NCBI GenBank assembly: GCA_022775805.1
Contig: JALFKB010000102.1
Coordinates: 1 to 62,349 of the forward strand
Length of the DNA stretch: 62,349 bases
Direction: 5' to 3'
Source of the DNA: Clostridiales bacterium
GTDB taxonomy: Bacteria > Bacillota > Clostridia > Peptostreptococcales > Anaerovoracaceae
Made by a program: the position numbers and the translations under genes. Of the stretch, positions 48,034-56,971 are shown one piece after another. Positions within the stretch are counted from its first letter, which is position 1; the number at the start of each line of letters is the position of its first letter. A model generated the notes under the pieces. The model saw nothing but the letters and a program-made list of their open reading frames with translations. It was not told the DNA's origin and did no database searches.

Positions 48034-49250
48034 GGATATTCCTCCCCTTTCTTTATTCCTGTAATAACTGCCTCAGCAGTTCCGTTACCTGTTTCAATGT
48101 TTACACCAAGGCCCTCACTCAGCTCATCGGTGCTGCGAATAATCTTCCCGCTGTTATCCGTTACCACAGAATATCCTCTGGCAAGTATAGCCTTCGGATT
48201 TGAAGATTCTATGAATTCCCTCAGCATTTCCACTCTGTTCCTTGCCGAAACAAGACGATTATTCATGGCATCGCCCATCGCCTCAATTAATCTGTCGGCA
48301 TTTACCTGTTCGTAGAGAATTCGAGACTTGAGATTTCTGGCAAATGCTGTGGGATTCAAAGCCTCCAGCCTCTCTTTTCTCCTGGCAATTGCCAGACCCA
48401 GATCCGAAGTCATCTCCAGGGAGATTCTGTCAAGCTCTGCCTCGAGCTCTCCCGTATCCGGAACCGCCATCTCCGCTGCAGCAGTAGGTGTTGCCGCTCT
48501 TCTGTCAGCAATGAAATCCGAAATGGTAAAATCCGTTTCATGTCCCACCGCGGATATGACAGGTATTTCAGATTCATATATGCTGCGGGCAACGGTCTCC
48601 TCATTAAAGGCCCATAGCTCCTCCATAGAGCCCCCGCCTCTTCCTGTGATAATCACGTCTACATCTTTATGGTTAACATTGATATCATCTATGGCTGATG
48701 ATATTTCCCCGGAGGCTGCCGGCCCCTGGACAAGCACGGGATAAACGAGAATATCCACTACTTTGTTTTTGTTCTTGATGGTTCTGATAATATCTCTTAC
48801 AGCCGCTCCGGTTTCAGAGGTTACTACAGCTATCTTCAAGGGAAAGAAAGGAAGTTCCTTCTTGTGCTCCTCTCGGAAGAGGCCTTCTTCTCCCAGTTTG
48901 GCTTTCAGTTTTTCAAAGGCAGCCGCTAGCTGTCCCCTGCCGTTCACCTCGATGTCACGCACGTTCAGTGAATAGTAGCCTCCCCGCTCATATACGGAAA
49001 TGAAGCCGGCAGCTACTACCTCCATTCCCTCCTCAAGGGGACATGAGATATTCTGCAGGTTTCCCCATGAGAGAAAACAGTTTACCCTGCTGCTGTCATC
49101 CTTCAGTGAAAAGTACACATGGCCGGAGCTGTGGTACTTGAGGTTGCTTATTTCTCCCACAACCGATATGTTGCTCAGTATTGGGTCAGTTTTCAGCACC
49201 CTTCCTATGTAATTGTTAAGCTGTCCCACCGGTACAGGTTTTAATCCCAT
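48030..49250 (-). CDS. xseA: Exonuclease VII large subunit
   Basis: GEISN...SSGHVYFSLKD, RGGGS.EELW.FN, SAVGHETD, TPTAAAE. Confidence 0.96.
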   Translation of the reverse strand: MGLKPVPVGQLNNYIGRVLKTDPILSNISVVGEISNLKYHSSGHVYFSLKDDSSRVNCFLSWGNLQNISCPLEEGMEVVAAGFISVYERGGYYSLNVRDIEVNGRGQLAAAFEKLKAKLGEEGLFREEHKKELPFFPLKIAVVTSETGAAVRDIIRTIKNKNKVVDILVYPVLVQGPAASGEISSAIDDINVNHKDVDVIITGRGGGSMEELWAFNEETVARSIYESEIPVISAVGHETDFTISDFIADRRAATPTAAAEMAVPDTGELEAELDRISLEMTSDLGLAIARRKERLEALNPTAFARNLKSRILYEQVNADRLIEAMGDAMNNRLVSARNRVEMLREFIESSNPKAILARGYSVVTDNSGKIIRSTDELSEGLGVNIETGNGTAEAVITGIKKGEEYP

Positions 49251-50197
49251 AGATATCTACCTCCCAGAAAGGCTGTGCCCACAGCGTTGTCTGAGGAAAG
49301 ATTCGATCCGTCAAAGTACAGATTCAGTTCAGCAAGCTGTCCTCTAAGGCTGTCTCTAATGAATCTGCTGGAGGATACTCCTCCTGAAAGGAGTACATCT
49401 TTCAGACCCGATAGCTCAGTAACCTGACGCAGCATCAGAGCCATGGCATCTGCGGTTTTACGAAAAACCTCCCGGAAGAGTTTGTCCCTGGAAACGCTTT
49501 CTATGTTTCTCATTATCTGAGTTTCGATTCCTGAAAGGTTCACCCAGCCATCCTTTACCTTTATCAGCGATAAAAGGTTTTCATCTGCCTCCGACTCTAC
49601 TGCTATTCGATCCATTTCCTCCCCGCATGGAAAGGCAAGCCCTGAGGCAACTCCCGTTCTGTCGAGAAGCTGCCCGAAGGAAATGTCCCTGGATCCGCCA
49701 AGAGTTTCCAGATCAAAGGCGGACCTCTCTGTTACCTTTTTCTGTTTCACTCTCATTATCTCACATGTACCGCCGGAAAAATGACAGGCAATGAAATCCC
49801 TGTCACCGGGAATTCCGCTGCTGTGTCTCACCGCCTCGATATGTCCCTCCTGATGGGAATACCCCAGTGCAGGAACTCCCAGTACAGATGCCAGGGATTC
49901 AGCAAAGCTTTTTCCCGCAAGAAAACAGGGCATGTATGAGCCCTCAACAGGTCTCGGTCTTTCGGAATAGGATACGGCAGCTATTGAGTCTCCATAGCCG
50001 CCCCTCATTTCACCGAAAAGCTCCGGTAAATTCTTCACATGCTGAAACAGCGCCTCGGACTGTCTGAGTCCCCGGGTTCCCTGTTTCACCGTGAGAAACC
50101 TTCGCAAATCACATACTATGCCCATTTCATCCGTGAGGGCAATTGAGGTTTTGTAGTTGCTTGTATCAATTCCCAGGATGTATCTTTCTCTTTTCAT
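49241..50197 (-). CDS. TsaD/Kae1-like ASKHA protein (divergent paralogue)
   Basis: LGIDTSNY, SHQEGH, SGGT, D.SFGQ.LDR, GGVSS, SDNA.G.A. Confidence 0.8.
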   Translation of the reverse strand: MKRERYILGIDTSNYKTSIALTDEMGIVCDLRRFLTVKQGTRGLRQSEALFQHVKNLPELFGEMRGGYGDSIAAVSYSERPRPVEGSYMPCFLAGKSFAESLASVLGVPALGYSHQEGHIEAVRHSSGIPGDRDFIACHFSGGTCEIMRVKQKKVTERSAFDLETLGGSRDISFGQLLDRTGVASGLAFPCGEEMDRIAVESEADENLLSLIKVKDGWVNLSGIETQIMRNIESVSRDKLFREVFRKTADAMALMLRQVTELSGLKDVLLSGGVSSSRFIRDSLRGQLAELNLYFDGSNLSSDNAVGTAFLGGRYLWD

Positions 50198-50199
50198 TT

Positions 50200-50622
50200 T
50201 TATTTGCCGGTAACAGCGCCCAGAATTCCGTGAATGAATCTGGCTGAGTTGTCTGTGCTGAATTTCTTTGCCAGGTTAATGGCTTCATTGACAGACACCG
50301 GTTCAGGGATGTCTTCGCTGAATCTGATTTCACCAATAGCCAGTCTCATTATTGCCAGATCTACCTTAGGCATCCTTGAGGTCTTCCACTTGGCGCTGAA
50401 TTCGTTTATGGAGCTGTCAATGTCCTTAAGATTGTCCAGTATTGAACATATCAGATCCGTTCCCCTCTTGATATGTCCCCCCGACAGTCTTTCCGATGCC
50501 AGGGCGGCTGCCTTTGCACGGGCGTCTGCCAGATTGTCTGTCTTGTCCTTTTCGATGGTCTTTGATGCATCAAGCTCATAGAGGATCTGCATCATTATTT
50601 CTCTTGCCTCATTTCTGGTCAT
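50200..50622 (-). CDS. nusB: Transcription antitermination factor NusB
   Basis: R..ARE..MQ.LY, W...R...VD.AI.R, NEAI.LAK.F, FI.GIL. Confidence 0.95.
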   Translation of the reverse strand: MTRNEAREIMMQILYELDASKTIEKDKTDNLADARAKAAALASERLSGGHIKRGTDLICSILDNLKDIDSSINEFSAKWKTSRMPKVDLAIMRLAIGEIRFSEDIPEPVSVNEAINLAKKFSTDNSARFIHGILGAVTGK

Positions 50623-50965
50623 CTTTTTCTACTCCCTGTACGTGAATGTTTACGGCATTTACCTTCAGATCGGTAATTTCCTTAACCTCAGTCTTTACGT
50701 TTTCCTGAATGTCCCAGGCAACCTGGGGTATTTTGCACCCGTATCTGGCAATGATGTTTACATCGATTTCGATTCGGCCGCTGCTCTGGCTGACTTTAAC
50801 TCCCTTTGAAAGAAGCTCCTTTCCCAGAAGGTTTCTGCTCAGGGCATTCGAAAGTCCCCCGGCCATTCTCAGGACGCCTTCGGTCTTGAGAGCCGCGTTC
50901 ACAGCGCATATCGCAATCACTTCGTCAGATACCGACGTTGTTTCTCTGTTCTCAGCCATTTTCAC
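50609..50965 (-). CDS. Asp23/Gls24 family protein
   Basis: EVIA..A..AA....GV, KGVKV, IQ..VK..V..IT.L.V..VN.HV. Usual nusB neighbour. Confidence 0.9.
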   Translation of the reverse strand: MKMAENRETTSVSDEVIAICAVNAALKTEGVLRMAGGLSNALSRNLLGKELLSKGVKVSQSSGRIEIDVNIIARYGCKIPQVAWDIQENVKTEVKEITDLKVNAVNIHVQGVEKDDQK

Positions 50966-52292
50966 TTACCTTGTCGTTAATGTCGTTAATCTTTATTGTA
51001 ATCTGTTCTATTCGCCTGTCCTTAACTGTTTTAATTGTGAAAACACAATTTTCGAAGAATATTTCCTTGCCGATGTTTTCCTCATCAGGAATTTCACCCA
51101 GGAGCTCTATCAGGAAACCTCCGATGGTTTCAGAATCCTCGGATTCCAGATTGAGACCCAGTTCCTCGTTAAGGTCATCGATATCCATGCTTCCCTCTAC
51201 AATGTAGAGGTTTCTGCCGATTTCTCTGATTTCCTCTTCCTCTTCATCGTATTCGTCATCGATATCACCCATAACCTCTTCGATGATATCCTCCATGGTT
51301 ACGATGCCGCAAAAGCCGCCGTATTCGTCGATTAGAATGGCTATATGCTGTTTCGTCTTCTGAAGCTCGAAGAACAGGGAATCTATGTTTTTGGTCTCAG
51401 GGACGAAATACGGAGTTCTTAGTATTGATTTGATGTCAACGTTTTCGAAACCGTCCTCCCTGGCCTTTATCAGGTAGTCCTTAATGTAGAGAATACCGAT
51501 AATGTTGTCGCTGTCATCTTCGTATACAGGAATTCTGGAGTATCTGAGTTCCATGAGCTCGTCTATATACTCATCGGCGGGATCGTTGATATCGATGGCA
51601 AAGACATCTGTTCTCGGAGTCATTATCTCGTAAGCCAGAATGTCGTCAAAGGCAAAGACGCCGGTAATCATCTTCTTGCCCTCTTCCTTCAGCTCACCGC
51701 TTTCTCGTCCTGCCTCAAGCATTTCCACAATGTTTTCTTCACTGTACTCATTGTCGTTAAGATCAGTACGCTGACGAAGCACCTTCAGAACAACAAATGA
51801 CAGAGCCCACACGAGAACCATAAAGGGTTTCATTACAACATTGAGTATTCCCACAGGCACTGCCCCGTTAACGGTAATGCCCTCCGTATGCTGCAGTGCG
51901 ATTCGTCTGGGAACCATTTCTCCCAGCGCCATCAGGAACACGGTTGATATCAGGAATGTCAGTACGGCGGCCACACCGAAGGCAGCGCCGGGGTTTCCAA
52001 TAACCCTGTCCAGCAATCCTGAAACAGGCCCCACATAGGAGTACAATGCCGTGAGACAGAAAAGCATGTAAAGAAAGACATTGAGGCATCTTATGGACAG
52101 CTTGCTGTCCGGAAGCTTCTCTATTATCTTCAATGCCTTCTCCGCTCTGGAATTGCCCTCCTCAGCCATCTCTCTGATATTGGCCTTGTTTACTGAGGCA
52201 ATTGCCTTTCTGACAGCACTGAAATAAGCATTAATCAATATTATTACAAGTAATACTATAGTGCCCCATAAGGGTAAAGGGTCAGCAGTCAT
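50952..52292 (-). CDS. HlyC/CorC (CNNM-CBS) family membrane protein
   Basis: N-terminal TMs with GE..P, MTPR, SRIPVY, DEYGG..GIVT.ED..EE..G.I.DE.D. Confidence 0.92.
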   Translation of the reverse strand: MTADPLPLWGTIVLLVIILINAYFSAVRKAIASVNKANIREMAEEGNSRAEKALKIIEKLPDSKLSIRCLNVFLYMLFCLTALYSYVGPVSGLLDRVIGNPGAAFGVAAVLTFLISTVFLMALGEMVPRRIALQHTEGITVNGAVPVGILNVVMKPFMVLVWALSFVVLKVLRQRTDLNDNEYSEENIVEMLEAGRESGELKEEGKKMITGVFAFDDILAYEIMTPRTDVFAIDINDPADEYIDELMELRYSRIPVYEDDSDNIIGILYIKDYLIKAREDGFENVDIKSILRTPYFVPETKNIDSLFFELQKTKQHIAILIDEYGGFCGIVTMEDIIEEVMGDIDDEYDEEEEEIREIGRNLYIVEGSMDIDDLNEELGLNLESEDSETIGGFLIELLGEIPDEENIGKEIFFENCVFTIKTVKDRRIEQITIKINDINDKVSENG

Positions 52293-52295
52293 GAA

Positions 52296-53519
52296 TCATT
52301 TCTCCTTTCTCAACATGTAATTCGGACCTGCCGGTTTATCCAGTTTTATCTTTAACATCTGCTGAGGATGGGGTGCCGACTGAAGGCTGTTCCCCTCCTC
52401 ATCCGTCATGTATTCCAGTTTCTGAGTGAAGAAGCTGCCGGTTGGACCGAAAACCTCAATTGTATCACCGATTTCCATCTTGTTTCTCTGCTCCACCAGC
52501 GCGATGGATGTGTCTTCATCATAGCTTCTGACAATCCCCGTGAAGCTGTAGTCTCTGGTATATGCACTTGTAAGGTAATTCTGATCCTCGTTTGTGGGCT
52601 TTCTGAAATAGAAGCCAGTGGTGAATTCCCTGTGGCTTGCCTTGCACATTTCATCGTACCACTCCCTTTGGAATGTGTAGCCGTCGGGATCCTCACAATA
52701 GGTGTCAATTGCCCTTCTGTAGGCCTTGATAACGTGAGCCAGGTAGAATATGCTCTTCATTCGTCCTTCGATTTTGAATGAGGTGATTCCCGCATCCATC
52801 AGCTGGGGAATGTGTTCCAGGAGGCAAAGGTCCTTGCTGTTGAAAATGTAAGTGCCTCTGTCATCCTCATCAACTGGCCAGTATTCTCCGGGGCGTTTTT
52901 CCTCTTCCAGTCTGTATTTATATCTGCAGGGGTGAGCGCACTCTCCTCTGTTGGCATCCCTTCCCGTCATGAAATTTGACAGAAGACATCTTCCTGAATA
53001 GGAAATGCACATTGCTCCGTGAACGAACCCCTCAAGCTCAAGGCTTTCAGGCGTTTTTTCTCTTATTTCACGGATTTCATCAAGCATCAGCTCCCTGGCC
53101 AGAACGACCCGTTTAACGCCCATTTTATGCCAGAAACCGGCTGTTACATAATTGGTCATATTGGCCTGGGTGGAAAGATGCAGCTCGGCATCCGGTATTG
53201 CTTCCTGTATCGCAGCCATAACGCTCGGATCAGATACTATGAAGGCGTCTATGGGAATATCCCGAATTTCCTTCAGATAAGCCTTGAGAGGAATTATATC
53301 CTCGTTGTGTGCATACACATTCATGGCCATGTGACATCTCACACCACGGCTGTGGGCATATTCAACACCTCTGCGTATCTCTTCCACAGTCATGTTTCCG
53401 GCTCCGGAACGAAGCGAAAACATTTCGCCGCCGAAATACACGGCATCAGCTCCGTACTCAACCGCTATCTTCAGTTTTTCCAAATCGCCTGCAGGTGCAA
53501 GCAGCTCTACCTTTTTCAT
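52296..53519 (-). CDS. Peptidase U32 family (TrhP-like tRNA hydroxylation)
   Basis: ELLAPAG, GADAVY, HGAMCISYSGRC.LS, C.HPCR, KIEGR. mltG-trmR-U32 synteny. Confidence 0.92.
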   Translation of the reverse strand: MKKVELLAPAGDLEKLKIAVEYGADAVYFGGEMFSLRSGAGNMTVEEIRRGVEYAHSRGVRCHMAMNVYAHNEDIIPLKAYLKEIRDIPIDAFIVSDPSVMAAIQEAIPDAELHLSTQANMTNYVTAGFWHKMGVKRVVLARELMLDEIREIREKTPESLELEGFVHGAMCISYSGRCLLSNFMTGRDANRGECAHPCRYKYRLEEEKRPGEYWPVDEDDRGTYIFNSKDLCLLEHIPQLMDAGITSFKIEGRMKSIFYLAHVIKAYRRAIDTYCEDPDGYTFQREWYDEMCKASHREFTTGFYFRKPTNEDQNYLTSAYTRDYSFTGIVRSYDEDTSIALVEQRNKMEIGDTIEVFGPTGSFFTQKLEYMTDEEGNSLQSAPHPQQMLKIKLDKPAGPNYMLRKEK

Positions 53520-54193
53520 CTGTTCCTTTCTATTATGCTTACCGAAATCCCGTCACCTGAAGCCAGTACTGCAGTCTTCGCATACTCAAGTCCGGTGATG
53601 TAATCGAGAAACTCTCTCATCTTTCTGATTGATGTCTTGTATCTTCCTCTGGTGTCAAATTCATCTGATGCGGTCATGCCCTTCATCAGGACGTTGTCGC
53701 ATACAATCAGAGCATCAGGCTTAAGCAAAGGCAGGGAAAGATCCCAGAACTCCCTGTAATGGCTCTTGGCGGCGTCTATAAACACCATGTCGTATTTCCC
53801 GTCTTCAACTTCGGACTCCTCACGGTGAAGCCGCCTCAGAACATCTCTGCCGTCTCCTCTCAGCACCCTGATGTGAGATGCGAAACCAAGGCTTTCTATG
53901 TTCCTGACTGCCTTATCCGCCATTGCCTCATCTGCCTCAATTGAGGTAACCCTGCAGCCGCAGGTATCGGCAAACACACACGCTGAATAGCCCACTGCAG
54001 TGCCTATTTCCAGCAGCTGCGCAGGCTTTTTCAGTCTCAGAAGGCTTTTGAGAAGGCCCTCTGTCTCCCGGAGAATAATAGGAACTCTATTCTCTTCGGC
54101 GTTCCTTCTGAACTCCTCCAGTATTCTGTTTTCTGTGACATTCATTTTATCTATGAATGCCCCAACTCTCCTGTCTGTAATATTACTGTTCAA
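53516..54193 (-). CDS. O-methyltransferase (TrmR/YrrM-like)
   Basis: LEIGTAVGYS, FIDAAK, DNVL. Probable TTG start after GAGGA. Confidence 0.88.
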   Translation of the reverse strand: MNSNITDRRVGAFIDKMNVTENRILEEFRRNAEENRVPIILRETEGLLKSLLRLKKPAQLLEIGTAVGYSACVFADTCGCRVTSIEADEAMADKAVRNIESLGFASHIRVLRGDGRDVLRRLHREESEVEDGKYDMVFIDAAKSHYREFWDLSLPLLKPDALIVCDNVLMKGMTASDEFDTRGRYKTSIRKMREFLDYITGLEYAKTAVLASGDGISVSIIERNR

Positions 54194-55238
54194 GATCTTC
54201 CTCTGACCAAGGATGAGCCGATACATTTTTCTCGTGCTCTTCATTTGTCTTGGCGTAATAAATTGTTCCGTCAGGACCTGCATAGAAGAACAGATCATCT
54301 GTCTTCTCGTAGTTCAGAACTCCATCCATTGCTATTGCAGGTACAGTGCAGATCGGTCCCGGAATCAGACCCTGAACCTTTCTTGAATTGTAAGGTGATT
54401 CGGAATCAAGCTGTGAAACCTTAAGATCCACTCTGTCCTCATCAAATATGTAGCACACTGTAACATCGCTGCCCAGTGACATGTCTTTTTTGATTCTGTT
54501 AACAAACACTCCGGAAATGTGAGCTGCATCCTTCTCCGTTGCACAGCCTTCCTTCGTAACTATGGAAGAAATGGTGAGGAACTCATGGATGCTGAACTCT
54601 GATGACTCTATTTCACTCCTTCTTTCCGAAAGGGCTTTGTCCATCTCATCAAGTGCAAGCCTTGTAACGCTGTCAATGGATGGCTCTGTCTCTGTAATGA
54701 AATATGTATTCGGGTAGAGATAGCCCTCCAGCGGATGAATGATGTCCTTATCCAGAATATCATCTGTAAGGAACCAGTAATCCTTTATCAGTTTCTTAAG
54801 ATAATCTCTGTCATCCCAAGTTGCCATTATTTCCTTCTTGGAATATGGAGTCACCTCCGAAAGGGCCTCCGCACACTGGGTGAGTCTGTATCCCTCATTC
54901 AGCTGGAATGATGTTTTTGATATGTATTCAAAATCACCGGTATTGATTGCCTTCATCATTTCAGGAAGGGTCATGGAGCCTTTGAAAATGTAGGTGTTGG
55001 CCTGAAGTGAATCGTAGCCTCCTATTCTGGCATTAATCTTGGCACAGGTCATGTTCTTTATCAGGCCGTGTTCATCAAGGATAGCCACAATCGCCGATGC
55101 ACCGCTTCCGTTAGGAATTTCAACGGTTATCTCCTCATCGTTTCCCGGATCGGCAGCACCTATGCCGGAAAGATAGAATATAATTCCGCCTGACAGAGCC
55201 ACCACGAGAATTATCAGCACTACAAGTATCTTTTTCAT
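54183..55238 (-). CDS. mltG: Endolytic transglycosylase
   Basis: N-terminal TM, LEGYLYPNTY, SIVTKE, SGVFVNR, SPYN, PGPI. Confidence 0.92.
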   Translation of the reverse strand: MKKILVVLIILVVALSGGIIFYLSGIGAADPGNDEEITVEIPNGSGASAIVAILDEHGLIKNMTCAKINARIGGYDSLQANTYIFKGSMTLPEMMKAINTGDFEYISKTSFQLNEGYRLTQCAEALSEVTPYSKKEIMATWDDRDYLKKLIKDYWFLTDDILDKDIIHPLEGYLYPNTYFITETEPSIDSVTRLALDEMDKALSERRSEIESSEFSIHEFLTISSIVTKEGCATEKDAAHISGVFVNRIKKDMSLGSDVTVCYIFDEDRVDLKVSQLDSESPYNSRKVQGLIPGPICTVPAIAMDGVLNYEKTDDLFFYAGPDGTIYYAKTNEEHEKNVSAHPWSEEDLEQ

Positions 55239-55249
55239 TTTTACCTCCG

Positions 55250-55276
55250 AAAAAAGGGACGCCCGGCGTCCCTTTT
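55250..55276 (-). terminator. Terminator after efp
   Basis: - strand AAAAGGGACGCC-G-GGCGTCCCTTTTTT. Confidence 0.85.
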
Positions 55277-55289
55277 CATGCAAAACTGA

Positions 55290-55850
55290 TTATTTGGATC
55301 TTCCAAGATATTCACCGGTTCTTGTATCTATCTGGATTCTTTCTCCCTCTTCGATAAAGATAGGAACCTTTACTACCGCACCAGTTTCAACTGTGGCGTC
55401 CTTTGTAACGTTTGTGGCAGTGTCTCCCTTGACACCGGGTTCTGTTTCCGTAACAACCAGGTCCACGAAATTAGGTGCTTCAACCAGGAACGCATTGCCC
55501 TTGTAGAATTTGATTGTTGCCTCGTCATTCTCTCTGAGATACTTCATGGCTTCTTCCACCTGATCTGCTGAAAGCGGAATCTGATCATATGTTTCAGGAT
55601 CCATGAAGTAGTAAAGCTCGCCGTCTGAATACAGATACTGCATTGTCTTTGTTTCGATATGAGCCTTCGGGAACTTGGCATCAGGGTTGAAGGATTCTTC
55701 CTTGATGGCACCTGTCAGAATGTTCTTGTGCTTTGTTCTTACGAAGGCAGCGCCCTTTCCGGGCTTAACATGCTGGAAATCAATTACTACGTGTGGATCA
55801 CCATTAATTTCAAATGTAATACCTTTTCTGAAATCGCCTGCATAAATCAT
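55290..55850 (-). CDS. efp: Elongation factor P
   Basis: [26 protein letters not shown]. Confidence 0.98.
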   Translation of the reverse strand: MIYAGDFRKGITFEINGDPHVVIDFQHVKPGKGAAFVRTKHKNILTGAIKEESFNPDAKFPKAHIETKTMQYLYSDGELYYFMDPETYDQIPLSADQVEEAMKYLRENDEATIKFYKGNAFLVEAPNFVDLVVTETEPGVKGDTATNVTKDATVETGAVVKVPIFIEEGERIQIDTRTGEYLGRSK

Positions 55851-55877
55851 AAATCTGTTCTGCCTTTCTCTAATTTA

Positions 55878-56591
55878 TTATAGAATAATTAATTCTTTAA
55901 CGGATTTAGTCGCGTTTATTATACCAAAATCGGTAATGATTGCCAAGTCCTCAATACGCACCCCGAACCTGTCAGGAATGTATATTCCCGGTTCCACTGT
56001 AACTGCCATGTTCGTTGTCAGCACATCAGGGCTGTTTCCCGCAAGACGAGGTGCCTCGTGAACCTCCCTGCCCACGCCGTGGCCTGTTGTGTGGATGAAA
56101 AAGCTGCCATAACCCTCGGCATCAATAATGTCCCTTGCTGCAGCGTCAGCATCTGCACAGGTTACTCCGTCGCAGCATCTGCCCAGGGCTGCCAGCTGAG
56201 CTCTCAGAACCACATCATACACGTGAATCTGCTCCTGGGAGAGGCACCCGATTCCTACAGTTCTTGTCATGTCACCGCAAAAGCCCTTGTAAACACCTCC
56301 GAAGTCCATGGTCAGCAGGTCACCCTCTTCAATAACCTTGTCCGACGGCATTCCGTGGGGCAGACATGTGTTCGCACCGGAAACACATATGGTGTCAAAT
56401 GCCAATGCTTCAGCTCCCAGTGCGAAGAGAGTTCTCTCTATTTCCTCAGCAACCTGAAGCTCTGTCATTCCAGGTCTGATAAATCCCAGAATATGCTCAA
56501 AACACTTGTCCCCCATGGCTTCTGCCGTAAGTATATTCAGAAGCTCCTCAGGGCTCTTTATCATGTTGTCTCTGTTTAACTGTTCAGCCAT
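55878..56591 (-). CDS. M24 Xaa-Pro peptidase, catalytic domain only
   Basis: PHG, D.G......D.TRT, H..GHGVG..VHE.P, TVEPGIY, GVRIED. 237 aa. Confidence 0.88.
   Translation of the reverse strand: MAEQLNRDNMIKSPEELLNILTAEAMGDKCFEHILGFIRPGMTELQVAEEIERTLFALGAEALAFDTICVSGANTCLPHGMPSDKVIEEGDLLTMDFGGVYKGFCGDMTRTVGIGCLSQEQIHVYDVVLRAQLAALGRCCDGVTCADADAAARDIIDAEGYGSFFIHTTGHGVGREVHEAPRLAGNSPDVLTTNMAVTVEPGIYIPDRFGVRIEDLAIITDFGIINATKSVKELIIL
55918..55946 (-). promoter_or_regulatory. Internal sigma-A promoter for efp
   Basis: TTGGCA-17-TATAAT with extended TGn, inside the 3' end of the M24 gene. Confidence 0.7.
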
Positions 56592-56953
56592 TATCTCATG
56601 TTACCTACATCCCCCATGGGGCCGATTCCAAAGTCTGCAGCGTCGCCTATAATCTTGTAAACATCAGACATCATCTGGCTGAAAACCATCTGATTCTGAA
56701 AATATCTTCCTGTGAGAGGATCCTGCATGAGAACAGCACTGAGCTGCTGGAGCTTAAGGAATTCCTCCTGATCCAGTTCCTGTCCCATCATCTGTGATGC
56801 CTGAAATTCAAACTGCTTTTTCATGAAATCCTTGATGGCAGCATCAAGATCCGGATTTGCTTCAACCTGTTCCTTTACCTCGTTGAACTGCTTGCATTCC
56901 TCTGATTCTTTAATTGCCTTGGCTAACTGATGAGCCTGATCGTATACGTTCAT
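56591..56953 (-). CDS. YlbF/YmcA/YheA family protein
   Basis: MNVYD.A..LA.AIKES.E; helical, Q-rich. Confidence 0.88.
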   Translation of the reverse strand: MNVYDQAHQLAKAIKESEECKQFNEVKEQVEANPDLDAAIKDFMKKQFEFQASQMMGQELDQEEFLKLQQLSAVLMQDPLTGRYFQNQMVFSQMMSDVYKIIGDAADFGIGPMGDVGNMR

Positions 56954-56971
56954 AATTTACCCTTTCTGTAA

